The notes beneath the pieces were generated by a model that saw nothing but the letters and a program-made list of their open reading frames with translations, did no database searches and was not told the origin of the DNA. Made by a program: the position numbers and the translations under genes. Below, piece by piece: positions 33,000 to 50,859 of a DNA stretch of 64,000 bases. How positions within the stretch are numbered: position 1 is the stretch's first letter; every line of letters begins with the position of its first letter. Where the stretch lies: the NCBI RefSeq assembly GCF_009914755.1, contig NC_060929.1, one strand, 5' to 3'. The DNA comes from the human T2T-CHM13v2.0 reference genome, Homo sapiens.

Positions 33000-33667
33000 T
33001 GAGAGGTGAAGCCAGCTGGACTTCCTGGGTCTAGTGGGGACTTGGAGAACTTTTCTGTCTAGCTAAAGGATTGTAAATGCACCAATCAGCACTCTGTTAA
33101 AACCCGCCAATCAGTGCTCTGTGTCTAACTAAAGGATTGTAAATGCACCAATCAGCACTCTGTAAAAACACACCAATCAGCACTCTGTGTCTAGCTAAAG
33201 GGTTGTAAACGCACCAATCAGCACTCTGTAAAATGGACCAATCAGCACTATGTAAAATGGACCAATCAGCGCTCTGTAAAACGGACCAATCAGCAGGACG
33301 TGGGTGAGGCCAAATAAGGGAGTAAAAGCTGGCCACTGCAGCCAGCAGCCCCAGTCCACTCCGGTCCCCTTCCACCCTGTGGAAGCTATGTTCTTTTGCT
33401 TTTCACAATAAATCTTGCTGCTGCTCACTCTTTGGATCTGCACCACCTTTAAGAGGTGTTAACACTCACCACAAAGGTCCACGGCTTCATTCTTGAAGTC
33501 AGCGAGACCACAAACCCACCAGAAGGAAGAAACTCTGGAGACATCTGAGGAACAAACTCCGGACACACCATCTTTAAGAGCTGTAACACTCACTGCAAAG
33601 GTCCGCAGCTTCATTCTTGAAGTCAGCGAGACCAAGAACCCACTGGAAGGAACCAGTTCTGGACAAA
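33000..33667 (+). mobile_element. LTR12 (ERV9) solo LTR
   Basis: TGAGAGGTGAAGCCAGCTGG start; 8 CCAATCAG repeats; AATAAA 33407-33412; 4-bp TSD AAGC at 32996-32999 and 33668-33671. Confidence 0.92.
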
Positions 33668-33817
33668 AAGCCACCTTACAATGTTTACTGAGGCATAAAA
33701 AAAAAAAAAAAAAAAAAAAAACTATGTAGAAACACACAAAGAAAAGCAAGACTTCACATCCTCTAGCTTAGGGCTTTGCACATCTGAGGACCACATAAAT
33801 GCTGATTGACTATAATT

Positions 33818-34060
33818 CAGTAGTTCTCAACTGATGGGAGAGGGAGAGGTACAGGGCAGGGAGTTTTGCACTTCAGGCACATTTTCTAGCATCTAGAGGC
33901 ACTTTGGGTAGTCACAGCTTGGGGGTGGCAAGTTTCAACTAGAACCTAGTGGGTACAGTCTGGGAATTTTGCTAAACATCTTATAAGCACAGGACAGGCT
34001 TATAAGCCTTATAACTCTCCAGCCCAAAATCCCAATAGTGCCAAGATTAAAACACTCTCC
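33818..34060. mobile_element. MER20 (hAT-Charlie)
   Basis: CAGTAGTTCTCAAC..GTCACAGC..CTAGTGGGTA..GCTAAACATC..GCACAGGACAG..CCAGCCCAAAAT..AATAGTGCC. Confidence 0.75.
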
Positions 34061-34118
34061 TGCAATTGTGTGCTATACAGTAATAATTAAAGTTATAACC
34101 TTACATTTTTAATTAATT

Positions 34119-34370
34119 TTTTTTTTTTTTTTTTTTTTGAGACGGTGTCTCGCTCTGTCACCTAGGCTGGAGTGCAGTGGCGCGATCTTGGCTCACTGCA
34201 AGCTCCACCTCCTGGGTTCACGCCATTCTGCCTCAGCCTCCTGAATAGCTGGGACTACAGGACCCGCCACAGTGCCAGGCTAATTTTTTGTATTTTTAAT
34301 AGAGACGGGGTTTCACCATGTTAGCCAGGATGGTCTTGATCTCCTGATCTCATGATCCACTGGCCTCGGC
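34119..34370 (-). mobile_element. AluY, 5'-truncated by about 45 bp
   Basis: GCAAGCTCC, TTCACGCCATTC, TTAGCCAGGATGG; TSD AATTAATT at 34111-34118 and 34371-34378. Confidence 0.9.
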
Positions 34371-34689
34371 AATTAATTCTTGTAACATCTGAAAGTATAT
34401 TCCTTGGTATTCTCTCTTCTTTGGGGAAAAAAAAAAAACAGTAAAACAAAAAATATTTACAAGAATACTTAACACTCATATCTTGAGATGTTCCGCTCCT
34501 TCAGGAAATTATTAATAGAAGAAAAGCTGGCTAGTGTGTAATAGTAGTACAGTTGCTACAATTAGAGAGAGATGCTTGATAAACTTGAGGCTTAAATGGC
34601 AAAGATCCTGGCCATTATTCACATATTTACACTTGAGATTATAATCATTTTTAGAATAGTTCATACATAAAGGATGAAGTTCAAAAATA

Positions 34690-36160
<1,471 letters not shown>

Positions 36161-36368
36161 AGCAAACACATTCCTTGAGTATATTTTTGTCTCTAGATAA
36201 TGCAAGTAGGAAAGTTAGGCTAATAAATGTATGTGAGCAATGAGTATGACTGCAAACAGCCTTTCTCTCTTAGGTTAATAGATTAGATTGTATTTCCTCT
36301 GGGACTTCTCACTGAAAAGTGGGCCACAAGCATATTAAATTTATGGTTTTTCACTCTGATGGAATGCC

Positions 36369-36694
<326 letters not shown>

Positions 36695-38772
36695 TAAGCC
36701 AACCTAAAGAATGCATGTGGGTAAAAGAAGTGATGAGAAAACACTTGGCAAAGAATAGAAACCTATTTCCCTGTCCCTTCATGTGAATGGGCTGATTTTT
36801 CAAGATCACTCAAAGGATTCATCTGTTTTTCAGGATGGAGGGATTTGCAAGTTGATGGCAGATGGAAGGCATTATTGAGGCAGAAATGGATGAAAATCAA
36901 ACCTGCTCTTGATATACACAGCTGATCTGGGCACTGAGTGAAGTCTTATTTCCTGTCTATGAAAGCAGACACTTGAACCAATCACTCCTTTCTTCATACA
37001 ATGTGTGTGCACAGAATCAAATTTGCTGAAATCTGGAATTTGGGACTTAAGTTCTGATTCTTTTTTAATGTAAATGGAATGAAGGCATTTGAAGATTGAT
37101 GCAAGAATATACATGTAGGAATAATTGCCTAAGTGGCCACATTTGATTTAACATAGACAAAACCTTCTGCTTTGTATTATATTAAAACATTTACCACACA
37201 TTGCCTCAAGGATTAAAAATAATATAACTCCTGCCAAGACATTACTTTTCTATGGTCATCATACTATTATCTTTTCAAACATAACTCATAACGTCTGCAA
37301 ATGTCCCTAATGACCAGACTGCTTAAATTTAATTAAATTTAGGCTCTAACCTGGCTTAGGACCCCCTTTCTACAATTATTCCTTGGAGTTCCACACACAA
37401 AGTTATTTCACACATGCTCAAGAGCACCCCCTCCCACTGCTAGTCATACTAGTCTGATAGGCAGAGCAGGGGGCATGCCAGTAGCCACAGCTAGTCCATT
37501 GGCTGTGGAAGGCAGTTTTCCAGTTCCATTGTTATTTCCCAGGTCCTTGACTTTATTCTCTATTGCTGCAGTGGGGTTAGAACAGCCTCTGCTCCTGTCT
37601 CAGCAATTGCTGTTTTTCCCACAGTTCCTCTGGCCACAGTGTTCCTGCCTGATGATCAGTTTGGGCTGTCCAAATTGCAGAGCTAGGGGAAAGTTTGAGA
37701 TGATAGTTTTGACATTTTACCATATTAGTAGGTACTCAGAGCAGAGCTGAGCCCTCAATATATATTTCAGAGTTCAGTAAGACATTCTTTACTTTTTACT
37801 CTTAGCCTTTTCTCTGCCAAGTACCCGAACATACTTCCATGGAGTAGGGCAGAAGAAAGACTAATGTCAAAGCAACAGTGCTGTGCTTGTGGCCTGTGCT
37901 TGCCTTTAATAAAGAAAGGATAAGTTACTGGGCCAAGTTACTGTAGCCAGATTCTTCCCTTAGGATGTTTTCTCACCTGGAAGTCTCTTTAGCTCTAACT
38001 TTCAAACAGACTTTTGTGAAATGAGGCCACCCAATAGCTCACCAGGTTTGCCCAGACGGTTCTGAACTCCAGCATTAAGCAAAATATATTATCTTTCCCA
38101 GGCAGAAAGAAACTCTCGGATTGTCACAACAATGTCCAAACAAGACCAGATATGCCTGAACCCCCAGATAAAAATAGAAAGCTGTTGAGTTTTCAGTTAT
38201 AAAGCCTAGAACAAATAAGTGAGAAGTCTAAGGAAACAGGAAAATTTTCCAAAAATGCTGTGAGATTTTTCTGTTTGCAATGGGATTTTGTGTGCAGAGA
38301 TTGGCATTAGTCCTTGTCAACCAGATATGACAGTTTCAAAGGGGAAAAATGGGAAAGAATAGAGAGATGAGGTGTGTGTGTTTTTTGAGAGCAAATCTTA
38401 GTGCTACTGTGTCCGGAAATAATAATCTGCCCCAAACAGGTATAAAGACAAATACTTTCTTCAAACAAATAAGCAAAACACTGACAGAAGATGATGAGAG
38501 GTACTTGCACAGAAAAAAACTGTAACTATTAATGCAAACCCCCTATGAACATGGCGAGACTGCTCAAGTGGCACAACAGCCAAAGCAGCCAGGAGCATGC
38601 AGCAGGATTGGCATGTCAAATGTGACTCTTGAAGCTGTATGGACCCCATGGTTATGTGTTTACAGAAATTGATTAGGGAACATAGTGACACTCTAGCAAT
38701 GTGGTCAGGGTGAAAGTGGTTCTTTAAAGAAACAGGAAACGTAAATTTGTTAATAAAGTGGTGACCCGCTAA

Positions 38773-39164
<392 letters not shown>

Positions 39165-39996
39165 GAGCTTCATTTCTCAGCTGAAGTTGCCTTTGTTACT
39201 ACCACATGGTATTCCTCTTAAAGATGGTCTCCATCAATTAAAAAGCATACTGGTCTATGCTATGGCAACATTCTTGTTGACATTGATCACTGTATTGGAG
39301 CTCCTTGCTTAGAGACTCCCAACTTTATAGCTATTCATACTAACATGTTCATTCATTTTTTTTTTTTTACCATGTCAAGTCAGATAAACTGAGGGAACTC
39401 CCTGCCCCTGCTAAATATCGGGACAGAGTCACCCTTCCTTTCTTATTAATATAGACACTGGCATTAATCCAGAATCATAAACCCAGACAATGCTGCCCCC
39501 ATAGCACTAGCAAAGAGAGTAACTCTTGAAGAAGGCATAAGTTTAGCAAGTAAAAATGAGGAAAGATAATTAGAGACAGTGAGAAATGCATCCTAAAATC
39601 CCTGGAGTAAGAAATCCCATGATCTAACTCTAGTGGCAATACAGAGAAGGACTTGAAGAGGAAGACTTTGGAAAATGGAACACATTTCTAAGAGAGATTA
39701 TGAGAATCAGGAAATGAATAACAATGAATATGGACAGGAGAGGCTATGTCTCAGAGATGCTTCTATAGCACAAATAACTTGCTGACTAATGAGAAGTGAT
39801 ATGAGAGACAGGACGCAGTTGAGGATAATTCTGTTTTCAACTTAGGTTCCGAGGTGGCTGGTAAGGACATAGCTGAGAACGAGAATTCAGAAATAGATGT
39901 AAGTGTGAAAGTAGAAGTAATAAGCTCAATGCAATAGTCTTAGAAATCTGTGTGACATCCATGTAAAAAGATTTTCTTTCTCCTGAGACACAGAAG

Positions 39997-40181
39997 TAGG
40001 ATTGCCAGGTAAAATATAAGATGCCCAGCTAAAACTGAATTTCAGATAAACAACAAATAATTGTTTAGGATAAGTATCCCCCATTTAATACTTAGAACAT
40101 ATGAAACTAAATAATTATTTCCCAGTTATCTGAAATTCAAACTTAATTCAGCATTCTATATTTGTAAAATCTAGCCACTCC
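39997..40181. mobile_element. MER53 palindromic hAT MITE
   Basis: TAGGATTGCCAGGTAAAATA..GAATTTCAGATAA and TTATCTGAAATTC..AAATCTAGCCAC inverted arms. Confidence 0.8.
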
Positions 40182-40219
40182 ACTCAAAAGCAAAAGTAGG
40201 ATTAAAAATGTGTTAGTCA

Positions 40220-43930
<3,711 letters not shown>

Positions 43931-45110
43931 CATGATAAGAGGCTCATAAAAATAAGCCATTAACTAGAGAAAATACTTTAAAACCACAAATATTATCTGA
44001 AAAATATGTCTGACCAAGGGGTCATGCCCAGAATTTATTTAAAAAACTGTCTCACAATGACAGTAGTAAAACAAGCAATTCAAGTAGAAAGTACGTAAAT
44101 GACTTGAACTGACACTTCTCTAAAGAAGATATATGGATGGCAAATAAATACATCAAACGATGTTAAATTTTGCTAGCCGTTAGGAAAACACAAGTTAAAA
44201 ACTCAAGATACCACTGCACACCTGTTAAAATGGTAATAAAAACACTGATAACACTGATAATACTATCATGCTAATAAATGCTAGTGAAGATAGGTGGAAA
44301 GTGAGTAACTCACACATTGCTGGTAGGACTTACCAGTGGGTATTTATCCTAGAGGAGAGAAAACTTAAGTACACATAAAAACCTGTACATGAATGTTCAT
44401 AGCAGCTTTATTTGTAACAGCTAAAAACTAGAAACAATATGTATATCTTTCCATAGGTTCATGATTAAACTGTCTGTGACATATCCATAAAATGGAATAT
44501 TACTCAGCAATGTAACAGTATAAAATACTATTAATACATGCAGCAACTTGGATGAATCTTAAGGATATTATGCTGAGTGAAGAAAAGCCAATCTAAAGTA
44601 GTTGCATATTTTAGGATTCATTTAGATAGAATTATAAAATGACAAAATTACAGCAATGGAGAGTAGATACATCTTATAGTTATACCCTCCATTTGTTCTT
44701 TTAGTTATACCCTCCTTTTAGTTATACCCTCCATAACTTTTGGAAGTTATGGAAGAGGATGGAGGGTATAACTATAAGGAGTTAGCACTGTGATGTTCCA
44801 TTGTGGTGAAGGAATAGTTCTGTATCATGGATTTAATAGTGGTTTTACAAATCCATATATACAATAAAATATCATAGAATTACACATAAATATGTGCAAA
44901 AAAAGTGATGCAAAAAGTAGTGAAAGGTCTGTAGTCTAATTAGGTCTGTAGTTTATTTAATTGTATTGTGTCAATCAATTCTCTGTTTCTGATAATTCAC
45001 TATAATTACATAAGATGTCACCATTGTGGAAGCTGCCTGATGGGTGCATGGGGACTCTATTTTTGCAATGCTCTGAGTGTCTACAATTATTTCAATCTAA
45101 AAGGTTTTCT
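43931..45110 (+). mobile_element. Ancient L1M (MC/MD/ME-like) 3' end
   Basis: GACACTTCTCTAAAGAAGATATATGGATGGC, AATGTTCATAGCAGCTTTATT, TTATGCTGAGTGAA. Confidence 0.75.
44673..44778. repeat. Inverted plus tandem repeat cluster
   Basis: 20-bp perfect inverted repeat 44673-44692/44759-44778; TAGTTATACCCTCC x3; 10-bp hairpin 44730-44753. Confidence 0.92.
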
Positions 45111-45129
45111 TAATGTTTTCTTAAAGTCT

Positions 45130-45347
45130 CATTTGGATAGCAGTGGTAATCCTAAAAGTGGATGAGTCTAGTCCAGGAGAATGGCATTTACTGAAGAGAT
45201 CTGGCCACAGAACATAAGATAGCCAAATGTTTGCTGCACAAAGCCAGCAAATGTCACAGAAGAAGAAATCACATCAGAGAGCCAGGCAAGTGTGACTCAT
45301 GGTCTGAGAGTAAAAGGAAAATAGATTTTCATTTAAAAAGCAGTGGT
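45130..45347 (-). mobile_element. L2 relic, left flank of composite insertion; appears to continue at about 49240-49600
   Basis: Degenerate L2 antisense ..AAAAAGCAGTGGT|GACAAACAGCATCAACTG continues across the insertion. Confidence 0.45.
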
Positions 45348-45348
45348 A

Positions 45349-45654
45349 GGCTGGGCACGGTAGCTCAAGCCTGTAATCACAGCACTTTGGGAGGCCAAGG
45401 CAGGCAGATCACCTGAGGTCAGGAGTTCGAGACCAGCCTGGCCAACATGGTGAAATCCCCTCTCTACTAAAAATACCAAAAAAAAAAAATTATCCAGATG
45501 CGGTGGCACACACCTGTAGTCACAGTTACTTGGGAGGCTGAGGCTGGAGAATCTCTTGAACCTGAGATGCAGAGCTTCTCGTGAGCCCAGATTGTGCCAC
45601 TGTACTCCAGCCTGGGTGACAGGGTGAAAGTCCATCTCAAAAAAAAAAAAAAAA
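45349..45654 (+). mobile_element. AluSx
   Basis: Full dimer; TSD AAAAAGCAGTGG at 45335-45346 and 45655-45666. Confidence 0.92.
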
Positions 45655-45666
45655 AAAAAGCAGTGG

Positions 45667-46656
45667 AGGGGCTTTTTTTTTTCTTGTAAATTTGTTTAAA
45701 AGTTCTTTGTAGGTTCTGGATATTAGCCCTTTGTCAGATGGATAGATTGCAAAGATTTTCCCCCATTCTGTAGGTTGCCTATTCATTCTGATGATAGTTT
45801 CTTTTGCTGTGCAGAAGCTCTTTAGTTTAATTAAATCCCATTTGTCAATTTTGGTTTTTGTTGCCATTGCTTTTGGTGGTTTTGTCATGAAGTCTTTGCC
45901 CATGCCTATGTCCTGAATGGTACTGCCTAGTTTTTTTTTTTTTTTTTCCTAAGGTTTTTATGGTTTTAGGTCTTATGTTTAAGTGTTTAATCTATCTTGA
46001 GTTAATTTTTGAATAAAGTGTGAGGAAGGGGTCCAGTTTCAGTTTTCTGCATATGGCTAGCCAGTTTTCCCAACACCATTTATTAAATAGGGGATCCTCT
46101 CCCCATCGCTTTTGTCAGGTTTGTCAAATATCAGATGGTTGTAGATGTGTGGCGTTATTTCTGAGGCCTCTGTTCTGTTCCACTGGTCTATATCTCTGTT
46201 TTGGTACCAGTACCATGCTGTTTTGGTTACTGTAGCCTTGTAGCATGGTTTGAAGTCAGGTAATATGATGCCTCCAGCATTCTTCTTTTTGCTTAGGATT
46301 GTCTTGGCTATATGGGCTTCTTGGTTCCATATGAAATTTAGTTTTTTCCAATTCTGTGAAGAAAGTGAATAGTAGCTTGATGGGGATAGCATTGAATCTA
46401 TAAATTACTTTGGACAGTATGGCCATTTTCATGATACTGATTCTTCCTACCCATGAGCATGGAGTGTTTTTCCATTTGTTTGTCTCCTCTCTTATTTCCT
46501 TGAGCAGTGGTTTGTAGCTCTCCTTTAAGAGGTCCTTCACCTCCCTTGTAAGTTGTATTCCTAGTTATTTTATTCTCTTTGTAGCACTTGTGAATGGGAG
46601 TTCACTCATGATTTGGCTCTCTATTATTGGTGTATAGGAATGCTTGTGATTTTTGC
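45667..46656 (-). mobile_element. Inverted 5' segment (ORF2) of a twin-primed L1PA7
   Basis: Antisense ORF2 ([33 protein letters not shown]) running from the TSD to GATTTTTGC. Confidence 0.9.
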
Positions 46657-46801
46657 GTAGTGATGGGACACTTCTCAAAAGAAGACATTTATGTGGCCAA
46701 AAAACATAGGAAGAAAAGCTTATCATCACTGATCATTAGAGAAATGGAAACAGAAACCAAAATGAGATACCATCTCATGCCAGTTAGAATGGTGATCATT
46801 A

Positions 46802-47200
<399 letters not shown>

Positions 47201-47334
47201 TCAACCATTGTGGAAGAGTGTGGTGATTCCTCAAGATCTAGAACCAGAAATACCATTTGACCCAGCAATCCCATTACTGGGTATATACCCAAAGGATTAT
47301 AAATCAATCTACTATAAATACATATACACATGTA

Positions 47335-48459
47335 TGTTGCAGGAAGTCAGGGACCCCGAACGGAGGGACCAGCTGGAGCTGCAGCGGAGGAACATAAATT
47401 GTGAAGATTTCATTTTAATATGGACATATATCAGCTCCCAGATAATACTTTTATAATTTCTTATGCCTGTCTTTACTTCAATCTCTGAACATAAATTGTG
47501 AAGATTTCATTTTAATATGGACATTTATCAGTTCCCAAAATTAATACTTTTATAATTTCTTATGCCTGTCTTTACTTTAATCTCTTAATCCTGTTATCTT
47601 TGTAAGCTGAAGATGTACGTCACCTCAGAACCACTATGATATTTGTGTTAACTGTACAAATTGATTGTAAAACGTGTGTTTGAACAATATGAAATCAGTG
47701 CACCTTGAAAAAGAACAGAATAACAGCGATTTTCAGGGAACAAGGGAAGATAACCGTAAGGTCTGACTGCCTGCGGGGTAGGGCAAAATAGAGCCATATT
47801 TTTCTTCTTGCAGAGCACATATAAATGGACGCGCAAGTAGGGAAGATATCACTAAATTCTTTTCCTAGCAAGGAATATTAATAATTAATACCCTGGGCAA
47901 GGAATGCACTCCTGGGGAGAGGTCTATAAATGGCTGCTCTGGGAGTGTCTGTCTTATGTAGTTGAGATAAGAACTGAAATACACCCTGATCTCCTGCAGT
48001 ACCCTCAGGCTTACTAGGATTGGGAAACTCCACCCTGGTAAATTTGTGGTCAGACCGGTTCTCTGCTCTAGAACCCTGTTTTCTTTTGTTTAAGATGTTT
48101 ATCAAGACAATACGTGCACAGCTGAACATAGACCCGTATCAGTAGTTCTGATTTTGCCCTTGTCCTCTTTCCTCAAAAACATGTGATCTTTGTTCTGCCT
48201 TTTGCCCTTTGAAGCATGTGATCTTTGTGACCTACTCCCTGTTCATATACCCCCTCCCCTTTTGAAATCCTTAATAAAAACTTGTTGGTTTTGCGGCTCA
48301 GGTGGGCATCACTGTCCTACCGATATGTGATGTCACCCCTGGTGGCCCAACTGTAAAATTCCTCTCGTTGTACTCTTTCTCTTTATTTCTCAGCCAGCTG
48401 ACACTTATGGAAAATAGAAAGAACCTACATTGAAATATTGGAGGTGGGTTCCCCCAATA
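47335..48459 (+). mobile_element. MER11 (HERV-K11/HML-8) solo LTR
   Basis: TGTTGCAGGAAGTCAGGGACCCCGAAC..GGTGGGTTCCCCCAATA; TATAAA and AATAAA present; 6-bp TSD CATGTA/CATATA. Confidence 0.88.
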
Positions 48460-48930
48460 CATATATGTTTATTGCAGCACTGTTCACAATAGCAAAGACT
48501 TGGAACCAATCCAAATGCCCATCAATGATAGACTGGATAAAGAAAATGTGGCACATATACACCATGGAATACTAAGCAGCCATAAAAGAAGATAATTTCA
48601 TGTCCTTTGCAGGGACATGGATGAAGCTGGAAACCATCATTCTCAGCAAACTAACACAAGAAGAGAAAACCAAACACAGCATATTCTCACTTATAAGTGA
48701 GAGTTGAACAATGAGAACACATGGACACAGGGAGGGGAACATCACACACTGGGGCCTGTTAGGGGCTGGCGGGGCTATGGGAGGCATAGCATTAGGAGAA
48801 ATACCTAATGTAGATGATGGTTTGATGGGTGCAGCAAACCACCATGGCACATGTATACCTATGCAACAAATCTGCACGTTCTGCACATGTATTCCAGAAC
48901 TTAAAGTATAATAAAACATAAAAAAAAATA

Positions 48931-49239
48931 AGAAAATCAGAGAAAGAGGGAATGTTTACTCCAAAAGGATGACCCCCTAAGGGTGAACTCTCAGGTATTT
49001 GAGGGCTAAGGGAGGCATCAAGGTGCAAATAGTACTCTATGGAAACTTCTCTGCTCCAGAGCCCCCAGTCTTTGAAATTTGTGTGATTGGGACAAATTTT
49101 GTAAGAAACATCCAAATATATTCTGGTTTAGTGAAAATTGTGGCCTGTTGCCCTGGTTTTTACCGACCCTGCTTAATCTCTTACCTAAGGGGGGCATCTA
49201 CAATAAAGAATCTATTTTCATTCTAAAAAAAAAAAAAAA
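48931..49239 (+). other. L1 3' transduction (non-L1 sequence plus second poly(A))
   Basis: Lies between the L1 A-tail and the 3' TSD; AATAAA 49202-49207, then 17 nt, then A15 at 49225-49239 and GCAGTGGT. Confidence 0.85.
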
Positions 49240-50859
49240 GCAGTGGTGACAAACAGCATCAACTGTGAAAAGGGGTGGTGGTCCAGCAGCCTGGTGCTGA
49301 AAATGAACACTGATCTAGGAGCAGAGGGACAAAAGAAAATAGAAACATCCAGTGAACTCTTTCAATAAATTTAACAGAAAGAAAAGGCCACATCAATAGA
49401 TTAAGCAGAGATGAAGGGAAAAGATGAAACTTGTCTTAGGATAGAGAAATCCTGAACACTTAAAGATGAGGAGTCCTGTAGGAAGAGAGAAAGCTTGCAT
49501 ATTGAAAACAGGAGATTATAAATGACAGAGAAGATACCCCCAAAAAGAGCAAAGGAGGTAGGATCATGTGTTCAGACAGAAGGTTATGCATTATAGATAC
49601 AAAGTACATTTCTAGTTCACATGAACATGGAACTAAATGTGACCAAATCAGAGATACAAATATTTGAATTTTGAAAGCATTATAGTATGAATGACTGCTA
49701 TTGATAATAATTGATTCCTTAAATTTAGGCTTGTATAGTTTTTTAAAAATATGTTATTTTAAGGAATCAAAACTAAAACTGGCCATCACAATTATGCTTC
49801 ACCTAAAGACATATAATTCTTATTCATGAGCCTGGTGAAGGTAATTCTCTGCTGGGCATGATGATAAGATTGTTGAACTTGTGCTGACTTATGTCCCTAA
49901 AACTAAATGATGCTGTGAATAACTTTGCTTTCTTCTGCATTTTTATTAGTTTGAAATGTTTAAATATTTATATACATAAGAATTTTAAAGTAAAACTCAT
50001 GTTATATGGAAGTCACATTAAAAAATAAATAGGTTATTTATTTAAGTCTTATAAAGCTAGGAATCTGTTTTTTCCTAAGGGAGATATTTAATGATCAGAC
50101 TTGTATAATAATTAAGTGATAATAAATCGCACTTATGTGTGAAGCCAAGCTAGCTGACATTAACCTTGTTTGAAATGCGTTGGTCACCTACATTTTTGAC
50201 ATGGATTACAGACCTATGATTGATAATAAAAGAAAACAATCTCCAGGAAATGAAAACTATGACTTTGCTTGAAGCATTGAAAAGTCATCAAAGTACTGGG
50301 AAATGGCTAACAATATTTTACTGACAAGAGGAAAGACAAGAACCTTGAATAATTGGGAGCAGGTTAGGCTTTCTTATTTTCATTTGTGTGGGACCATAGC
50401 TTTGAGCCATACTTTCTGCATGAATGCATCGTGTCCATGTCTAGCACCAAAAATGTCAGGGCCAAGTGTGATTGGTAACAAATATACAAGTATGAAAATT
50501 CAAATGAAAGTTCTGGAAAGATACACATTAGATTGTTAACCGGAGTTATCTCAGAAAAGATAAATTGAGGGAGGGATTTTAGAGGAAATTTTGTTTTTAC
50601 TCTCTATACTTCTGTATCATTTTAGCTTTTTCTCTATCAAGTACGTGTTCATGTTTTACATGTGTAATTAAATAAATTGCTATATAAAAGTAAATAAGAT
50701 ATTAAATAAAATATTTGATATATTCATAGGTATTCCCTCATAGTGTTATAAAGATTACATGAAATCATATACAATGTGGGAGTACTCAATGAAAGTTAGC
50801 TGTTGTTATTATTCTACTATTTTGCCAAGATACTGAGACTAATTCTCTGAATGGAACAA

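Noticed and set aside
33080-33293. Regularly spaced CCAATCAGC repeats resembling a CRISPR array
   Set aside because: Standard LTR12 U3 tandem repeats; spacers are not unique, there are no cas genes, and the DNA is primate.
31463-34370. Inverted Alu pair as a dsRNA/editing substrate
   Set aside because: About 2.4 kb apart, different subfamilies, both incomplete; ordinary for human DNA.
47391-47578. Tandem duplication of about 95 bp in MER11
   Set aside because: Probably part of the MER11 subfamily structure; I cannot show it is locus-specific.
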